Shown piece by piece: positions 1 to 9,614 of a DNA stretch of 64,000 nucleotides (its first letter is position 1; each line of letters opens with the position of its first letter). The stretch comes from Deltaproteobacteria bacterium RBG_13_43_22. Its GTDB lineage: Bacteria > Desulfobacterota > RBG-13-43-22. The position numbers were made by a program, and so were the translations under genes. The notes under the pieces were generated by a model, which saw only the letters and a list, made by a program, of their open reading frames with translations, did not search any database and was not told the DNA's origin. The stretch is taken from assembly GCA_001797675.1 (NCBI GenBank), contig MGQB01000001.1:50347-114346 (forward strand), given 5' to 3'.

Positions 1-1294
1 TATTTTGGTATTGAGGGATGACCAGGCTGATTTCTTTTCTCATTTCTTTATCCGAGTGAGCAGGCAGGGAACTCCCCAACTTTCGTGTCAATGAACTGAG
101 CAGATAGGAGAGTGGACGACTTTCTCCTCCCGTGTTTAAAACAGGACGAAGTTTTTGGACCCGGCCTTCGCAATTGGTCAAGGTCCCTGTGCTTTCGGCA
201 AGAAGGGGGATAGGAAAGGCGCCATGAGCGATCTGTACCGTATCGGTGAGGAAACGATCAGCCACCAATAAAAAATCAAGTTTTTTCAGTTTTTCCATCA
301 GGGAGAATGACGGAAGATGGGTGAGCAGGTCATCCCCAAAAACAAGAAGACCCTTGATTACGTTGGAAAGATCCAACATCTCCAGAAGGGTTAATCCTCC
401 GTTATTGGGTCTTATGCCCATGTCCCAAGCCCCCCGAAAATTAGGGGAACGGCTCAGAGGGATCATCATGGGGATCGGATGAGGGTCGGCCTGGTCTTGA
501 GACATAAAACTGAGGAGGCTCAGCAGACTGGAGGCCGTTTTTATTTGATCGGCTATAAATACGATAGCTGATCCTGGCTGGGCAAGGAGCCGGGGAATTT
601 GTTCAGCGACGTCCTTTTTTTCTTTCAAAATCTGAGCAAGTTGTTCTTCCGGAAAAGGTAAAAAGGTATTATAAAAATGTTCTGCCCTTAAACAGACGGG
701 ATCAGCCAGGATGAGTTTGGACCCTTGCTGATAGGCCTGAATCATTCGGGCACCTACCGGTGAGAAATCTCGCAGACTCTCTCGACCGAGTACTAAAATG
801 GCCGGGCTTTCTCGTAAAGATTGTATAGAAGCCAAAGACCCCAGGGCGCCGGACCAGGTTTCGTTTAAGGCGGTTAAGGCCGCTGCCCCACTGAATCGGT
901 AACTTCCGTCCAGGTTATTGCTTTTGAGCACCTGACGGCAAAAGAGAGAGACCCGATAATTATCTTCATTGGTCAACCAGGGGGACCCAACAACCCCGAT
1001 AGCTTGAGGACCATAGCGACTTAAAATATAAGAGATCTTTTCTTTGCTTATCTGGAGGGCTTCATCCCAACCCACCTCTTCCAACTTTGATCCCTTTCGG
1101 ACCAGAGGATGAGAAAGTCGGTTTTCGCTTCTTAAATTTTGATATCGGTTCCACCCTCGTTTGCAAAGACGTCCCTCATTGACGGGATGCCGGGTGTTGG
1201 GGAGAATACCGACCGCTTCTTCTCCATTCAGGCGGACGAACATCCCACAACCCGTATTACAAAAGCTGCAGATAGTGGAAATATTTTTTATCAC
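1..1294 (-). CDS. Molybdopterin oxidoreductase / formate dehydrogenase alpha-like protein, 3'-truncated by window edge
   Basis: Not in ORF track (no stop in window). Manual translation from GTG 1294: MIKNISTICSFCNTGCG...HPVNEGRLCKRG ([4Fe-4S] motif), NNLDGSYRFSG, and TNCEGRVQKLRPV near the left edge. Frame checked only in these segments. Confidence 0.8.
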   Translation of the reverse strand, partial: MIKNISTICSFCNTGCGMFVRLNGEEAVGILPNTRHPVNEGRLCKRGWNRYQNLRSENRLSHPLVRKGSKLEEVGWDEALQISKEKISYILSRYGPQAIGVVGSPWLTNEDNYRVSLFCRQVLKSNNLDGSYRFSGAAALTALNETWSGALGSLASIQSLRESPAILVLGRESLRDFSPVGARMIQAYQQGSKLILADPVCLRAEHFYNTFLPFPEEQLAQILKEKKDVAEQIPRLLAQPGSAIVFIADQIKTASSLLSLLSFMSQDQADPHPIPMMIPLSRSPNFRGAWDMGIRPNNGGLTLLEMLDLSNVIKGLLVFGDDLLTHLPSFSLMEKLKKLDFLLVADRFLTDTVQIAHGAFPIPLLAESTGTLTNCEGRVQKLRPVLNTGGESRPLSYLLSSLTRKLGSSLPAHSDKEMRKEISLVIPQYQN

Positions 1295-1424
1295 TTTTAA
1301 AATCCTTTTTATTCAGGATTAAATCTGAAAACTTATCCTATCTGAATCTTGCCTTAGTCCTCTGTCGGAATCATTCCATCAGGGGCCTATGTATTGCTCC
1401 ATTGATTTCATGTCCCCTTTCGGT

Positions 1425-1931
1425 TTAGGAAATTCCTCCTTTCTCCTTCATCCTGATGGTAGTAAGAAGCTTTTGTACTTTGAACCGATTCATACGTCCG
1501 AATACGGAATCTTCAATCACCATGATCGGTGACATAGCACAGGAGCCGAAACAAACAACCGTTTCAAGAGTAAACAACTTGTCCTTGGTGGTCTGTCCCG
1601 GAGTCACTACCAGTTGATTTTGAACGTCCTCTAAAACCCGATCGGATCCATGGACGTGACAGGAGGTTCCACAACAGACTCGGATAAGATATTTCCCCGT
1701 CGGTTGGAATCGGAACTGGGAATAAAAAGTGGCGGTACCAATGATCTCGGCCGTCGATATTTTCATCAAACGGGCTATTGCGGGAAAAGCCGGTTCAGGC
1801 AGAAAACCCCAAACCCGCTGGACAGCCTGAAGCATAGGAATGAGTCCATCCGATTTGATACTAAAACCCTCGAGGATTTCCGTTATTCGATCTTCTATTT
1901 TCAGGGTATCTTGAACAGTGACCTGATCCAT
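1425..1931 (-). CDS. nuoE: NuoE/HydC-like [2Fe-2S] subunit
   Basis: LIPMLQAVQ, ATFYSQF, CCGTSCH and CFGSC motifs of the 24 kDa subunit family. Confidence 0.85.
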   Translation of the reverse strand: MDQVTVQDTLKIEDRITEILEGFSIKSDGLIPMLQAVQRVWGFLPEPAFPAIARLMKISTAEIIGTATFYSQFRFQPTGKYLIRVCCGTSCHVHGSDRVLEDVQNQLVVTPGQTTKDKLFTLETVVCFGSCAMSPIMVIEDSVFGRMNRFKVQKLLTTIRMKEKGGIS

Positions 1932-2205
1932 AGAACCTATCCTTTCTTAGGTCTTATGCCCGGGTGAAAGCGCCAGGCTTTTTAAAATGAAAAAATTGTT
2001 TATTTCAGCATTTCCACTTCAAATCTCCAAGTCCAATCCATTTTCCCTCAATTATCGCCGACTGTTTTGAACTCCAGGACTTTTTCCAGGCCCTCGATTT
2101 CAGAAAAGAGTAGGTTCGGCCTGCGAATGTAAGCCGCCATTAATTCGAAAAAGTTAGTATTTTTCAGGTTATTCTGGCCCTCTTTTTGCTTTAAATGAAT
2201 AATGT

Positions 2206-2221
2206 TGCAAGAGGAATACCA
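2206..2221 (-). promoter_or_regulatory. sigma54 -24/-12 promoter for the nuoE / fdhA-like operon
   Basis: Minus strand TGGTAT-TCCTC-TTGCA vs consensus TGGCAC-N5-TTGCW; divergent from an NtrC-family system. Confidence 0.7.
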
Positions 2222-2385
2222 AATCGTGGCAATGGACCTTTTTGAATATTTTATGTGTTTTTTCAGTATATTATAATTCATAGGGCTAACCATTTGAGGG
2301 ATTTTGGTGTGTAAAATCGTATAAAATTTTATAGGGGCTTAAACCTTTAGAGATCATTTTAAGAATTTTTTTATTAAGTTATGGG

Positions 2386-2403
2386 TGTATAATGAAATAT
2401 ACA
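2386..2403. promoter_or_regulatory. Candidate enhancer-binding-protein site TGTA-N10-TACA
   Basis: TGTATAATGAAATATACA, ~165 bp upstream of the sigma54 promoter; similar boxes at 19981, 20051 and 33582. Confidence 0.45.
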
Positions 2404-2428
2404 ATCAAGAGGGGAAAGAGGGTGTTCC

Positions 2429-3661
2429 ATGGGCCAGGGCATAGACTTTGAGAGCTGTTACAACGTCCTTCGCTATATCAGCGCCTCTTTAAATTCCAAT
2501 GCCCAAGTGAAGCATGTATTGCATACGGTGGTCAAGAAATCTACCGAATTGCTTAACTCAAAAGGAGCCCTGATCCGAATCTTTAACCTGGAAACCCAGG
2601 AAATGGAGTTAGGGGCTGCCTACGGTTTAGGGGATCATTATCTTTCCAAGGGACCTGTCTCAAGTCATATAGTCATTACTGATTTATGCCGGCAGAATAA
2701 AGCCATTATCATCCGTGATATTTTAAATGACCCCCGGGTTCAATACCCGAAAGAGGCCTGGGCAGAAGGCATTCGGATGATTCTCGATTTGCCGATTTAC
2801 CTCGGGAGTGATATTGTTGGCATCCTGCGTATCTTTTTTGATGAACCGAGGGAATTTTCCGGGGAAGAGCTCAATTATCTCATCCTCATCGCCGAGCGGG
2901 GTGCGGCCGTCATCCAAAAAGCCCAACTTATGGAAATGCAGCAGTCCCGATATGACCAACTGGTCCTGCAGACCGAAAAATTATCGGCCTTGGGCCGAAT
3001 GGCTGCCGGCGTTGCTCACGAGATCAACAATCCCTTGGCCGGCATCCTGCTGTATAGTACCAATATCCTCAAAAAATCCCCCAAGAAAGGACCGATTAAA
3101 GAAGGATTGGAGATTATCATACAAGAAGCGTTAAGATGTAAGACCATCATCCAGGACCTTTTGGAATTTTCTCGTGAAAGTGAACCCAAGATGGTCTTGG
3201 CCAATGTGAACCACGTAATTGAAAAGGTTCTCCATATCCTGGATAATGAGTTCAAACTCCGGCGCATACAATTAGACAAACATCTTTCCAAGCAAGTGCC
3301 GAACATCTTCCTGGACGAGAACCAGATTCAACAGGTTTTCATTAATTTATTGCTTAACGCCATTCAGGCCATAGACGGAAAAGGAACCATTACGATTACA
3401 AGCCACCTGACCACGGACCGAAAGCGCATCAAGGTAGAGGTATCCGACAGCGGATGCGGAATCCCCGTAGAACATAAGCCTAAGATCTTTGAGCCCTTTT
3501 TCTCAACTAAGGCCAAGGGAACCGGTCTGGGACTGTGGGTTACCTTTGCCATCATACAAAAACACAGGGGGGATCTTTATGTCATCAGTGAACCCGGGCA
3601 AGGTGCCCAGTTTGTAGTAGAGTTCCCTGTTTTCGGCACACTTTCTCTTAAGAACTATTAA
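2429..3661 (+). CDS. Cytoplasmic GAF-domain sensor histidine kinase
   Basis: N-terminal GAF-like region, H-box AHEINNPL, N-box NLLLNAIQA, DSGCGI, FFSTK, GTGLGL. Confidence 0.92.
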   Translation: MGQGIDFESCYNVLRYISASLNSNAQVKHVLHTVVKKSTELLNSKGALIRIFNLETQEMELGAAYGLGDHYLSKGPVSSHIVITDLCRQNKAIIIRDILNDPRVQYPKEAWAEGIRMILDLPIYLGSDIVGILRIFFDEPREFSGEELNYLILIAERGAAVIQKAQLMEMQQSRYDQLVLQTEKLSALGRMAAGVAHEINNPLAGILLYSTNILKKSPKKGPIKEGLEIIIQEALRCKTIIQDLLEFSRESEPKMVLANVNHVIEKVLHILDNEFKLRRIQLDKHLSKQVPNIFLDENQIQQVFINLLLNAIQAIDGKGTITITSHLTTDRKRIKVEVSDSGCGIPVEHKPKIFEPFFSTKAKGTGLGLWVTFAIIQKHRGDLYVISEPGQGAQFVVEFPVFGTLSLKNY

Positions 3662-3734
3662 GAGAAAGCGACTCTCTTCGGCTGAGGCCGATGGTTTTCA
3701 ACCAGTCCTCCTGAGGGACGTTCAATGGATTAAG

Positions 3735-5165
3735 ATGGCACCGGTTAAAATTTTAGTGATTGATGATGAGGTTGTGATTTGCAAAGCCTGCAGTCTTGTG
3801 CTCTCCGACAAAGATCATCAGGTGAATTTTCGAACGACGGGCAAAGCCGGGCTGGATGAAATCCGGGAAGATGGCTACGATTTGATTCTCTTAGACATAA
3901 GGCTGCCTGACCTGGATGGTATGGAGATTCTCAAAATCATCCATGCGACCAAGCCGACCCTTCAAGTAGTGGTCATGACAGGCCATTCAACTATTCAAAA
4001 CGCAGTAGAAGCCATGAAATTGGGGGCCTTTGATTATCTGACCAAACCTTTTACCGATGACCAGCTGATGATGGCGGCCAAGAATGCCGTGGAGAAAAAA
4101 CGCCTGGTGGAGGAGAATTTATCCCTTCGGAAAGAACTTTTCAATCGGTTCAGTTTTGAAAACATTGTCGGGGAAGATCCGAAAATCATTCGGGTCTTCA
4201 AGCAAATCGAAAAGGTGGCTCCTACCGAGAGCACCGTGCTTCTTTACGGAGAGAGTGGAACCGGAAAAGAACTATTTGCCGGAGCTATTCATACCCATAG
4301 TCGAAGGGCTTTCCGGCAAATCATACCTGTGGACTGCAGTGCCCTTTCACCCAACCTTCTGGAAAGCGAACTTTTCGGTCATGTTAAAGGGGCTTTTACC
4401 GGAGCCATTCGCGACAAGGAAGGCCTCTTTGAAGTGGCCAACGGCGGGACTCTTTTTATGGATGATGTGACCAATCTGGATCTCGAAATTCAAGCCAAAC
4501 TGTTGCGGGTTCTGGAGAGTGGTGAATTTAAACCGGTAGGGACAAGCCGTTTTAAAAAAACCGACATCCGAATTATTGCCGCCACCAACCGGGACCTCAA
4601 AAAAATGGTGGAAGAGGGAAAGTTCAGAGAGGATCTCTATTACCGTTTGAACGTATTTCCCATTGATATTCCCCCCCTTCGGGAAAGAAAAGGGGATATC
4701 CCCGAGCTTGCTTACTACTTCCTAAAACTGTTTTCCCGAAAGACCGGGAAACGGATCGAGGGATTCTCTGATGAAGTCCTGGAAGCTTTGATTCATTACG
4801 AATGGCCGGGCAATGTACGGCAACTGAAAAACGTCATTGAGCGTCTGGTCATTATGACCGAGGACAGCACGCTGGACTCACTCTATCTTTTGGATCATCT
4901 GGAGTTTAAGCAGCCCTGGAAGGGAAACCCCATCCCCGAAACGTTGCAAGAATTAAAAGCCGTCAAGAAGCATTTTTTAGAGCAGGTCATAGGTCCCGTC
5001 GAAAAGGCCTTTCTTCTCAACGCCCTCAGGAACTCCAAGGGCAATATCACCCAGGCGGCCTGGAGGGTAGGTATGCAACGATCTAATTTTTGTGTTCTTT
5101 TAAAAAAACACCACCTTTCGCCAGATCACCTTAATAATGAAACTGGAGGAAAAAACGTCGAATGA
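3735..5165 (+). CDS. sigma54-dependent response regulator (NtrC/AtoC family)
   Basis: Receiver domain, GESGTGKE, ESELFGHVKGAFTGA, WPGNVRQL, C-terminal Fis-type HTH. Confidence 0.93.
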   Translation: MAPVKILVIDDEVVICKACSLVLSDKDHQVNFRTTGKAGLDEIREDGYDLILLDIRLPDLDGMEILKIIHATKPTLQVVVMTGHSTIQNAVEAMKLGAFDYLTKPFTDDQLMMAAKNAVEKKRLVEENLSLRKELFNRFSFENIVGEDPKIIRVFKQIEKVAPTESTVLLYGESGTGKELFAGAIHTHSRRAFRQIIPVDCSALSPNLLESELFGHVKGAFTGAIRDKEGLFEVANGGTLFMDDVTNLDLEIQAKLLRVLESGEFKPVGTSRFKKTDIRIIAATNRDLKKMVEEGKFREDLYYRLNVFPIDIPPLRERKGDIPELAYYFLKLFSRKTGKRIEGFSDEVLEALIHYEWPGNVRQLKNVIERLVIMTEDSTLDSLYLLDHLEFKQPWKGNPIPETLQELKAVKKHFLEQVIGPVEKAFLLNALRNSKGNITQAAWRVGMQRSNFCVLLKKHHLSPDHLNNETGGKNVE

Positions 5166-5196
5166 CCAAAGGATTCCCGGGGCTGGATAACTTCAA

Positions 5197-6381
5197 TTAA
5201 GACCGGTCAAGCAATTCTTCAAATAATTTCAGGTGCGCCCGGGCGGCGGCTTGAAAAGTTAATTGGGCGGCATAAGGCGGTCCGGCTTTTCCCAGGCGGT
5301 CTCGCAATTCCTGGTCCTCCATCAGTTGTTCCAAGGCCTGGGCCAAGTGGTGCGGGGTATTCTCTTTCAGGATAATCCCTTTATCTTTAACTAACTCCGG
5401 CATGGCTCCTAAGGGACTGCAGATTACCGGCCTACCGGCCATCATCCCTTCCAGCAAGGTGATCCCCCAGCCTTCTTCCTCCAAAGATGCCAAAACCACG
5501 ATATCGGAAGCCGCATAATAAAAGGGAAGTCGGTCCCTGGAAACCAGCCCGTCATATCGGAAATGATTTTCCAATTCATGGGCTTGAACGTATTGCTGGA
5601 CCTGGTGCTGGGTCTGGTGGTCGGTAACACCCGTGGCCAGGACCAACAGGGAGGGGAATTTATTTTTTATTAGATTAACGGCCTTCAGGACATTCATAAT
5701 CCCTTTATTCAACCGCAACGGGCTGGTGTAGATGACCAAGCGGCCGGAGAGACCCAATTCTTCTTTGGCTTCTTCCGGGGAAAGTTGCGGCCAATCTGCC
5801 CGATCGGCTCCGACGGGAATAACCTTAACCTTATTTTGGGGAAATCCCCTGGCAATCAACTTCTGTTGCCAGAATTCCGAGACGGTGATCACATAAAAGC
5901 GTTTGGCCAAATGGTCCCCTATGGAATGATAAAGGGTCTGGAAGGGTTTTCGATAAGTATCGGGATGAATCAGAAATTGATGGTAGGGGACCTGTCTGAA
6001 TAAATGGAAAAGGGCCGCTACGGAAACCCGCGGGGCAAAAGGACCTTTTCGACAGAGATGGTTGACGATATTGGAAGGTCCGCCCACGGAATAAAGAATA
6101 TCATAAGGCTCCTGAACCAGTTGCTTAAGTTCCGATACTGCGGCCCATCTGGACTTCATAAAAGCTTTCAGTTGATTTCCCTGGGGCCTTTGGCCAAAGG
6201 AAAAATCAACGGGCTTGGCAATGAGGCGGAGATTGGAAGCCCAGGGAATATCCTTAGGAGGAACCAGGGTGATCAGGGTTACCTCCGCCCCCAAAGCGGA
6301 CAATTCTTCAGCCACCCGGGCGATGTACCAATTACCGCCGGTGGCCAGGCCCAAGCGGTCTCCGATAAAAGCAACTTTCAT
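5197..6381 (-). CDS. Glycosyltransferase family 4
   Basis: KGIMN and EGWGITLLEGM (E-x7-E) GT-B signatures. Confidence 0.85.
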   Translation of the reverse strand: MKVAFIGDRLGLATGGNWYIARVAEELSALGAEVTLITLVPPKDIPWASNLRLIAKPVDFSFGQRPQGNQLKAFMKSRWAAVSELKQLVQEPYDILYSVGGPSNIVNHLCRKGPFAPRVSVAALFHLFRQVPYHQFLIHPDTYRKPFQTLYHSIGDHLAKRFYVITVSEFWQQKLIARGFPQNKVKVIPVGADRADWPQLSPEEAKEELGLSGRLVIYTSPLRLNKGIMNVLKAVNLIKNKFPSLLVLATGVTDHQTQHQVQQYVQAHELENHFRYDGLVSRDRLPFYYAASDIVVLASLEEEGWGITLLEGMMAGRPVICSPLGAMPELVKDKGIILKENTPHHLAQALEQLMEDQELRDRLGKAGPPYAAQLTFQAAARAHLKLFEELLDRS

Positions 6382-6389
6382 AACCTAAT

Positions 6390-6470
6390 GGTCCAAGGTT
6401 CAAGGTTCAAGGTTATAAGTAAATCGATAATGTCCGCTCCTTCAGTCTTCAGTCTTCGGTCTTCGGTCTT
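6390..6470. repeat. Short 7-nt tandem repeats
   Basis: (GGTYCAA)x3 at 6390-6414 and (CTTCRGT)x4 at 6440-6470. Confidence 0.7.
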
Positions 6471-7602
6471 GCATTTCCGTTATTTTCTCAAACACCTCTA
6501 AAGTAATTTTTGCCGAAGTTTCCCAGGAAAATTTCTTGGCCTGCTCAAATCCGGCCATCCTCAATTTTTCCCTCAACCCGGGCTCACGCACCAGGCGAAG
6601 CATGGCTCCCTGCAGGTCTTCGAAACGATTCGGGTCAATCAATAAGGCTGCATCACCCACAACTTCCGGCATGGAACTCAACCGGGAGGTGATCACCGGG
6701 CACCCACACTGCATGGCCTCCAGCAAGGGCATCCCGAACCCTTCATACCAGCTCGGATAGACCAGAAAATCTGCGGCGTTGTAAAAAAAGACCCTTTCCG
6801 GGTCTGATATATAGCCAACCCATCGGACTCGCTCTTTAAGCTTGGGACTTTCCATTTCCTTAAAAATGGGTTCCCATTTCCAGCCCTTTTGCCCGACCAG
6901 GATCAGGTCATGGGGGATTTGATCCATTATTCCGGCAAAGGCTTTAAGCAAAATCGGGATGTTCTTTCGCGGTTCCAGGGTCCCCAGAAACAGAATAAAG
7001 GGCCTTCTAATGTTATGGGCCGGCCAAAGGGATTTTTCCGCCTCTTGGGGGTTCATGGATTGAAAAGCTTCCTCGGCCCCATGATAAACCACGGTGATCT
7101 TTTCCTCTGGAACCTTAAAGAGTGTCATCAGATCCTGCCGGGTGGATTGGGAAACGGCAATAAGATGACCATATCGCCGCAACATGGCCGGGTAAACCAG
7201 ACGGTCTAGGATTTTTTGCACAGTATTGAAAGCGAAAAAATGGGGGAAAAAGTATCGGGTCAAATCATGCACGACCATGACCGAAGCCACCCCTTTGGGG
7301 ATTCGAACCGGACCGTAAAGCCCGGGAGAAAACACCAGATCAAATTGAGATAAAAACTTCGGAACAACCTGAAGATTCCAACGGCTGACCCGGACCGGGG
7401 GCCGGGGAAGATCGAGGATGAGTTGTTCAAACTGTTTTTTAAAGGGCGTTTGCCCCCGGCGGTGATCGATCAGTATATAGCGATGCTCCGGGGCCTGTTG
7501 TTTCATGGCCGGAAGGACCTGATGGAGGTAATGATCCATTCCCGCCTTCTGTTCGCTGATCCCCCCGTAAATAATCCCTATTCTTAACGATCGGGCCGCC
7601 AT
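6442..7602 (-). CDS. Glycosyltransferase family 4 (mannosyltransferase-like)
   Basis: GTLEPRKN and YEGFGMPLLEAMQCG motifs; ATG 7602 preferred over 7626. Confidence 0.88.
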   Translation of the reverse strand: MAARSLRIGIIYGGISEQKAGMDHYLHQVLPAMKQQAPEHRYILIDHRRGQTPFKKQFEQLILDLPRPPVRVSRWNLQVVPKFLSQFDLVFSPGLYGPVRIPKGVASVMVVHDLTRYFFPHFFAFNTVQKILDRLVYPAMLRRYGHLIAVSQSTRQDLMTLFKVPEEKITVVYHGAEEAFQSMNPQEAEKSLWPAHNIRRPFILFLGTLEPRKNIPILLKAFAGIMDQIPHDLILVGQKGWKWEPIFKEMESPKLKERVRWVGYISDPERVFFYNAADFLVYPSWYEGFGMPLLEAMQCGCPVITSRLSSMPEVVGDAALLIDPNRFEDLQGAMLRLVREPGLREKLRMAGFEQAKKFSWETSAKITLEVFEKITEMQDRRPKTED

Positions 7603-7839
7603 AATAGTCTGGAAGCATAAACACATAGACCGAAAAAGTCAATTTCCTTTCCTCAACCCGACTTCATTAATAACTAAGGCGAATACTCCTTAATTTCGAA
7701 CTCCCTTCTCTCCGGCCTGGAAGCGGGGTCTTAGGCCTTTCTGGGCCGGAGCCCGAACTCCCCACTCCGGACTTTTTTGCCTCCAGCAAAAAACCCTTGA
7801 CTTCCCCCCTTTTCCTCTTAATCTATGAAAGGTTGAATT

Positions 7840-7996
7840 TGAACAGCGAGCGCATTCCGGTCAGGCCAAAGGCCTGACTTAAAGGTTAGCGCGCGAACTT
7901 CAAAAATAGACATCTACCTTGCATGGAATCCCGCTTTTAGCGGGACTGCACCATGGTGCGGAAGCATTCCCGCGCATTTGGTGCAGGGAGCTTCAA
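7840..7996 (+). mobile_element. Structured dispersed repeat copy 1 (probable non-autonomous IS200/IS605-type element)
   Basis: ACAGCGAGCGCATTCC-hairpin-GGTTAGCG.GCGAACT...CCTTGCATGGAA-hairpins-GGTGCAGGGAGCTTCAA, shared with 40561 and 51874. Confidence 0.65.
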
Positions 7997-8026
7997 TTTC
8001 GTTTATTCCTTGAAAAGGAGGATACC

Positions 8027-9043
8027 ATGACCATCGGATGGGCAATGATCGGCACAGGGAGGGTCCACAGGCAGATGGCCAAGGCTATCAAGGCGGCTAA
8101 AGATACTGAATTGATTGCGGTGCTTAGTAGAGACCGTGCCAGGGCTGATACCTTTGTGGAAAAATATGGCATTGCAAAGACTTATGATTCGCTGGATGAG
8201 ATGCTGCAAGATCCAAAGATAGAGGTCGTCTACATCGCCAGTCCCAATGGTCTTCATGCCCGGCAGACGATCAGAGTTGCCGAGTCGAAAAAGCACGTAT
8301 TTTGTGAAAAACCCATGGCCCCTACACCAAAAGAATGCCGCTCCATGATAGAGAGCTGTAAGGCCCATGGTGTCAAGCTGGGGATCGGCCTGCAATTCCG
8401 TCAGCACCCGGCTCACATCAAAATGCGTGAAATGGTGGCTTCAGGAGAACTTGGCCGGCTGGTTTTCGCCAGTGCTCAAGTAGAAATCCTGGCCACGTGG
8501 GTACCGGGCTGGTATTATGATCCGGAGCTCTCCGGGGGGGGCGTCATGTATATGGTGGGAGTGCACCGTTTAGATCTCTTACGCTTTATCCTGGGGTGTG
8601 AAGTGGAAGAAGTCAGCGCCTTTATTGGCGAACAACCTCCGGATCGACCCTTTGAAGACACGGTGGCGGCCGTCTTAAGGTTCACCAATCAGGCCTATGG
8701 AACCATTCACTTTAGTATGAATATCCCCCAGGGAACCAGTCATTTGGAAGTGCATGGCTCCCAGGCCTCGCTCTTCGCCATAGACACTACGAGCCAGTGG
8801 TGGGGTGGAGGTGGGGGAGAGCTGCTTATGAAAAGTGACAAAATCACGACCAGGTTCGAATTCCAGAAGACGGATCTGTATAAGGACGAGATCGAGGATT
8901 TTAACCGATGTATTAGAGAGAATCGAGAGCCCATGGCCACAGGGATGGATGGCCTGCGGAACGCGGAGATTTCTGTGGCCATGTTCGAGTCCGGTCGCCA
9001 GGGGAAGAAAATAAGCATAGAGTCTCCAGCAAAAAGCTCTTGA
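8027..9043 (+). CDS. Gfo/Idh/MocA family NAD(P)-dependent oxidoreductase
   Basis: IGTG, ASPNGLH, CEKPMA motifs; RBS AGGAGG before ATG 8027. Confidence 0.9.
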   Translation: MTIGWAMIGTGRVHRQMAKAIKAAKDTELIAVLSRDRARADTFVEKYGIAKTYDSLDEMLQDPKIEVVYIASPNGLHARQTIRVAESKKHVFCEKPMAPTPKECRSMIESCKAHGVKLGIGLQFRQHPAHIKMREMVASGELGRLVFASAQVEILATWVPGWYYDPELSGGGVMYMVGVHRLDLLRFILGCEVEEVSAFIGEQPPDRPFEDTVAAVLRFTNQAYGTIHFSMNIPQGTSHLEVHGSQASLFAIDTTSQWWGGGGGELLMKSDKITTRFEFQKTDLYKDEIEDFNRCIRENREPMATGMDGLRNAEISVAMFESGRQGKKISIESPAKSS

Positions 9044-9614
9044 CTTCTCCCCTTTATTATTTTTATATTATCTGTGTGTCTTCAGTTTTGAACTTTTAAA
9101 TGGAAGTTTTTTCGTCGAATAACGAACGCTGAACGCTTTTTTCTTAACTCCTTTTAGCTACTTATCTTTGTGAAGGTTGCATTTCCTTACTTGTCGAAGT
9201 AAGCCCCCCCGGCTGGCAGGCTGGCTGAAGTGATAGCAGAGCAGTCATTCAATTTTTCGAACCGTCAAGAATTTAGTCTTTTTTAAAATATATTTAGGTG
9301 AATAAAATTGGAGAAAGAGTCAAGAGCAGACTTGCCCCCTTTTTTAGACCCCTTTTTCTATCGGCCCGATTATAGCCCGTGTGGGGCACTTAAGTTGGCG
9401 CTTCTTTCACGAGGCGTAACGATGGTTCATTTTTTGATTTTAAAACTCATTCATCCAGTGAAAGGAGGTGATTTATTAGGCCATATGACGACCTGTTTGA
9501 TTTCATCTAAGGTCGCTATACGGCGTGGTTTGTGGGACCGACACAGGTCCTTCCTGGTTCATTGAACATGGTCTGGTTTTAATAAATTATCCATTATCAG
9601 AGGAGGTACGAAAA

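Noticed and set aside
2048-2293. 81-aa ORF upstream of nuoE
   Set aside because: It spans the AT-rich sigma54 promoter region; no motif or RBS
7919-8026. N-terminal extension of the Gfo/Idh ORF and the recurring WCRELQ/WCRELP peptide in ORFs 40183 and 51809
   Set aside because: Translation of the non-coding dispersed repeat; the real start is ATG 8027 with an RBS
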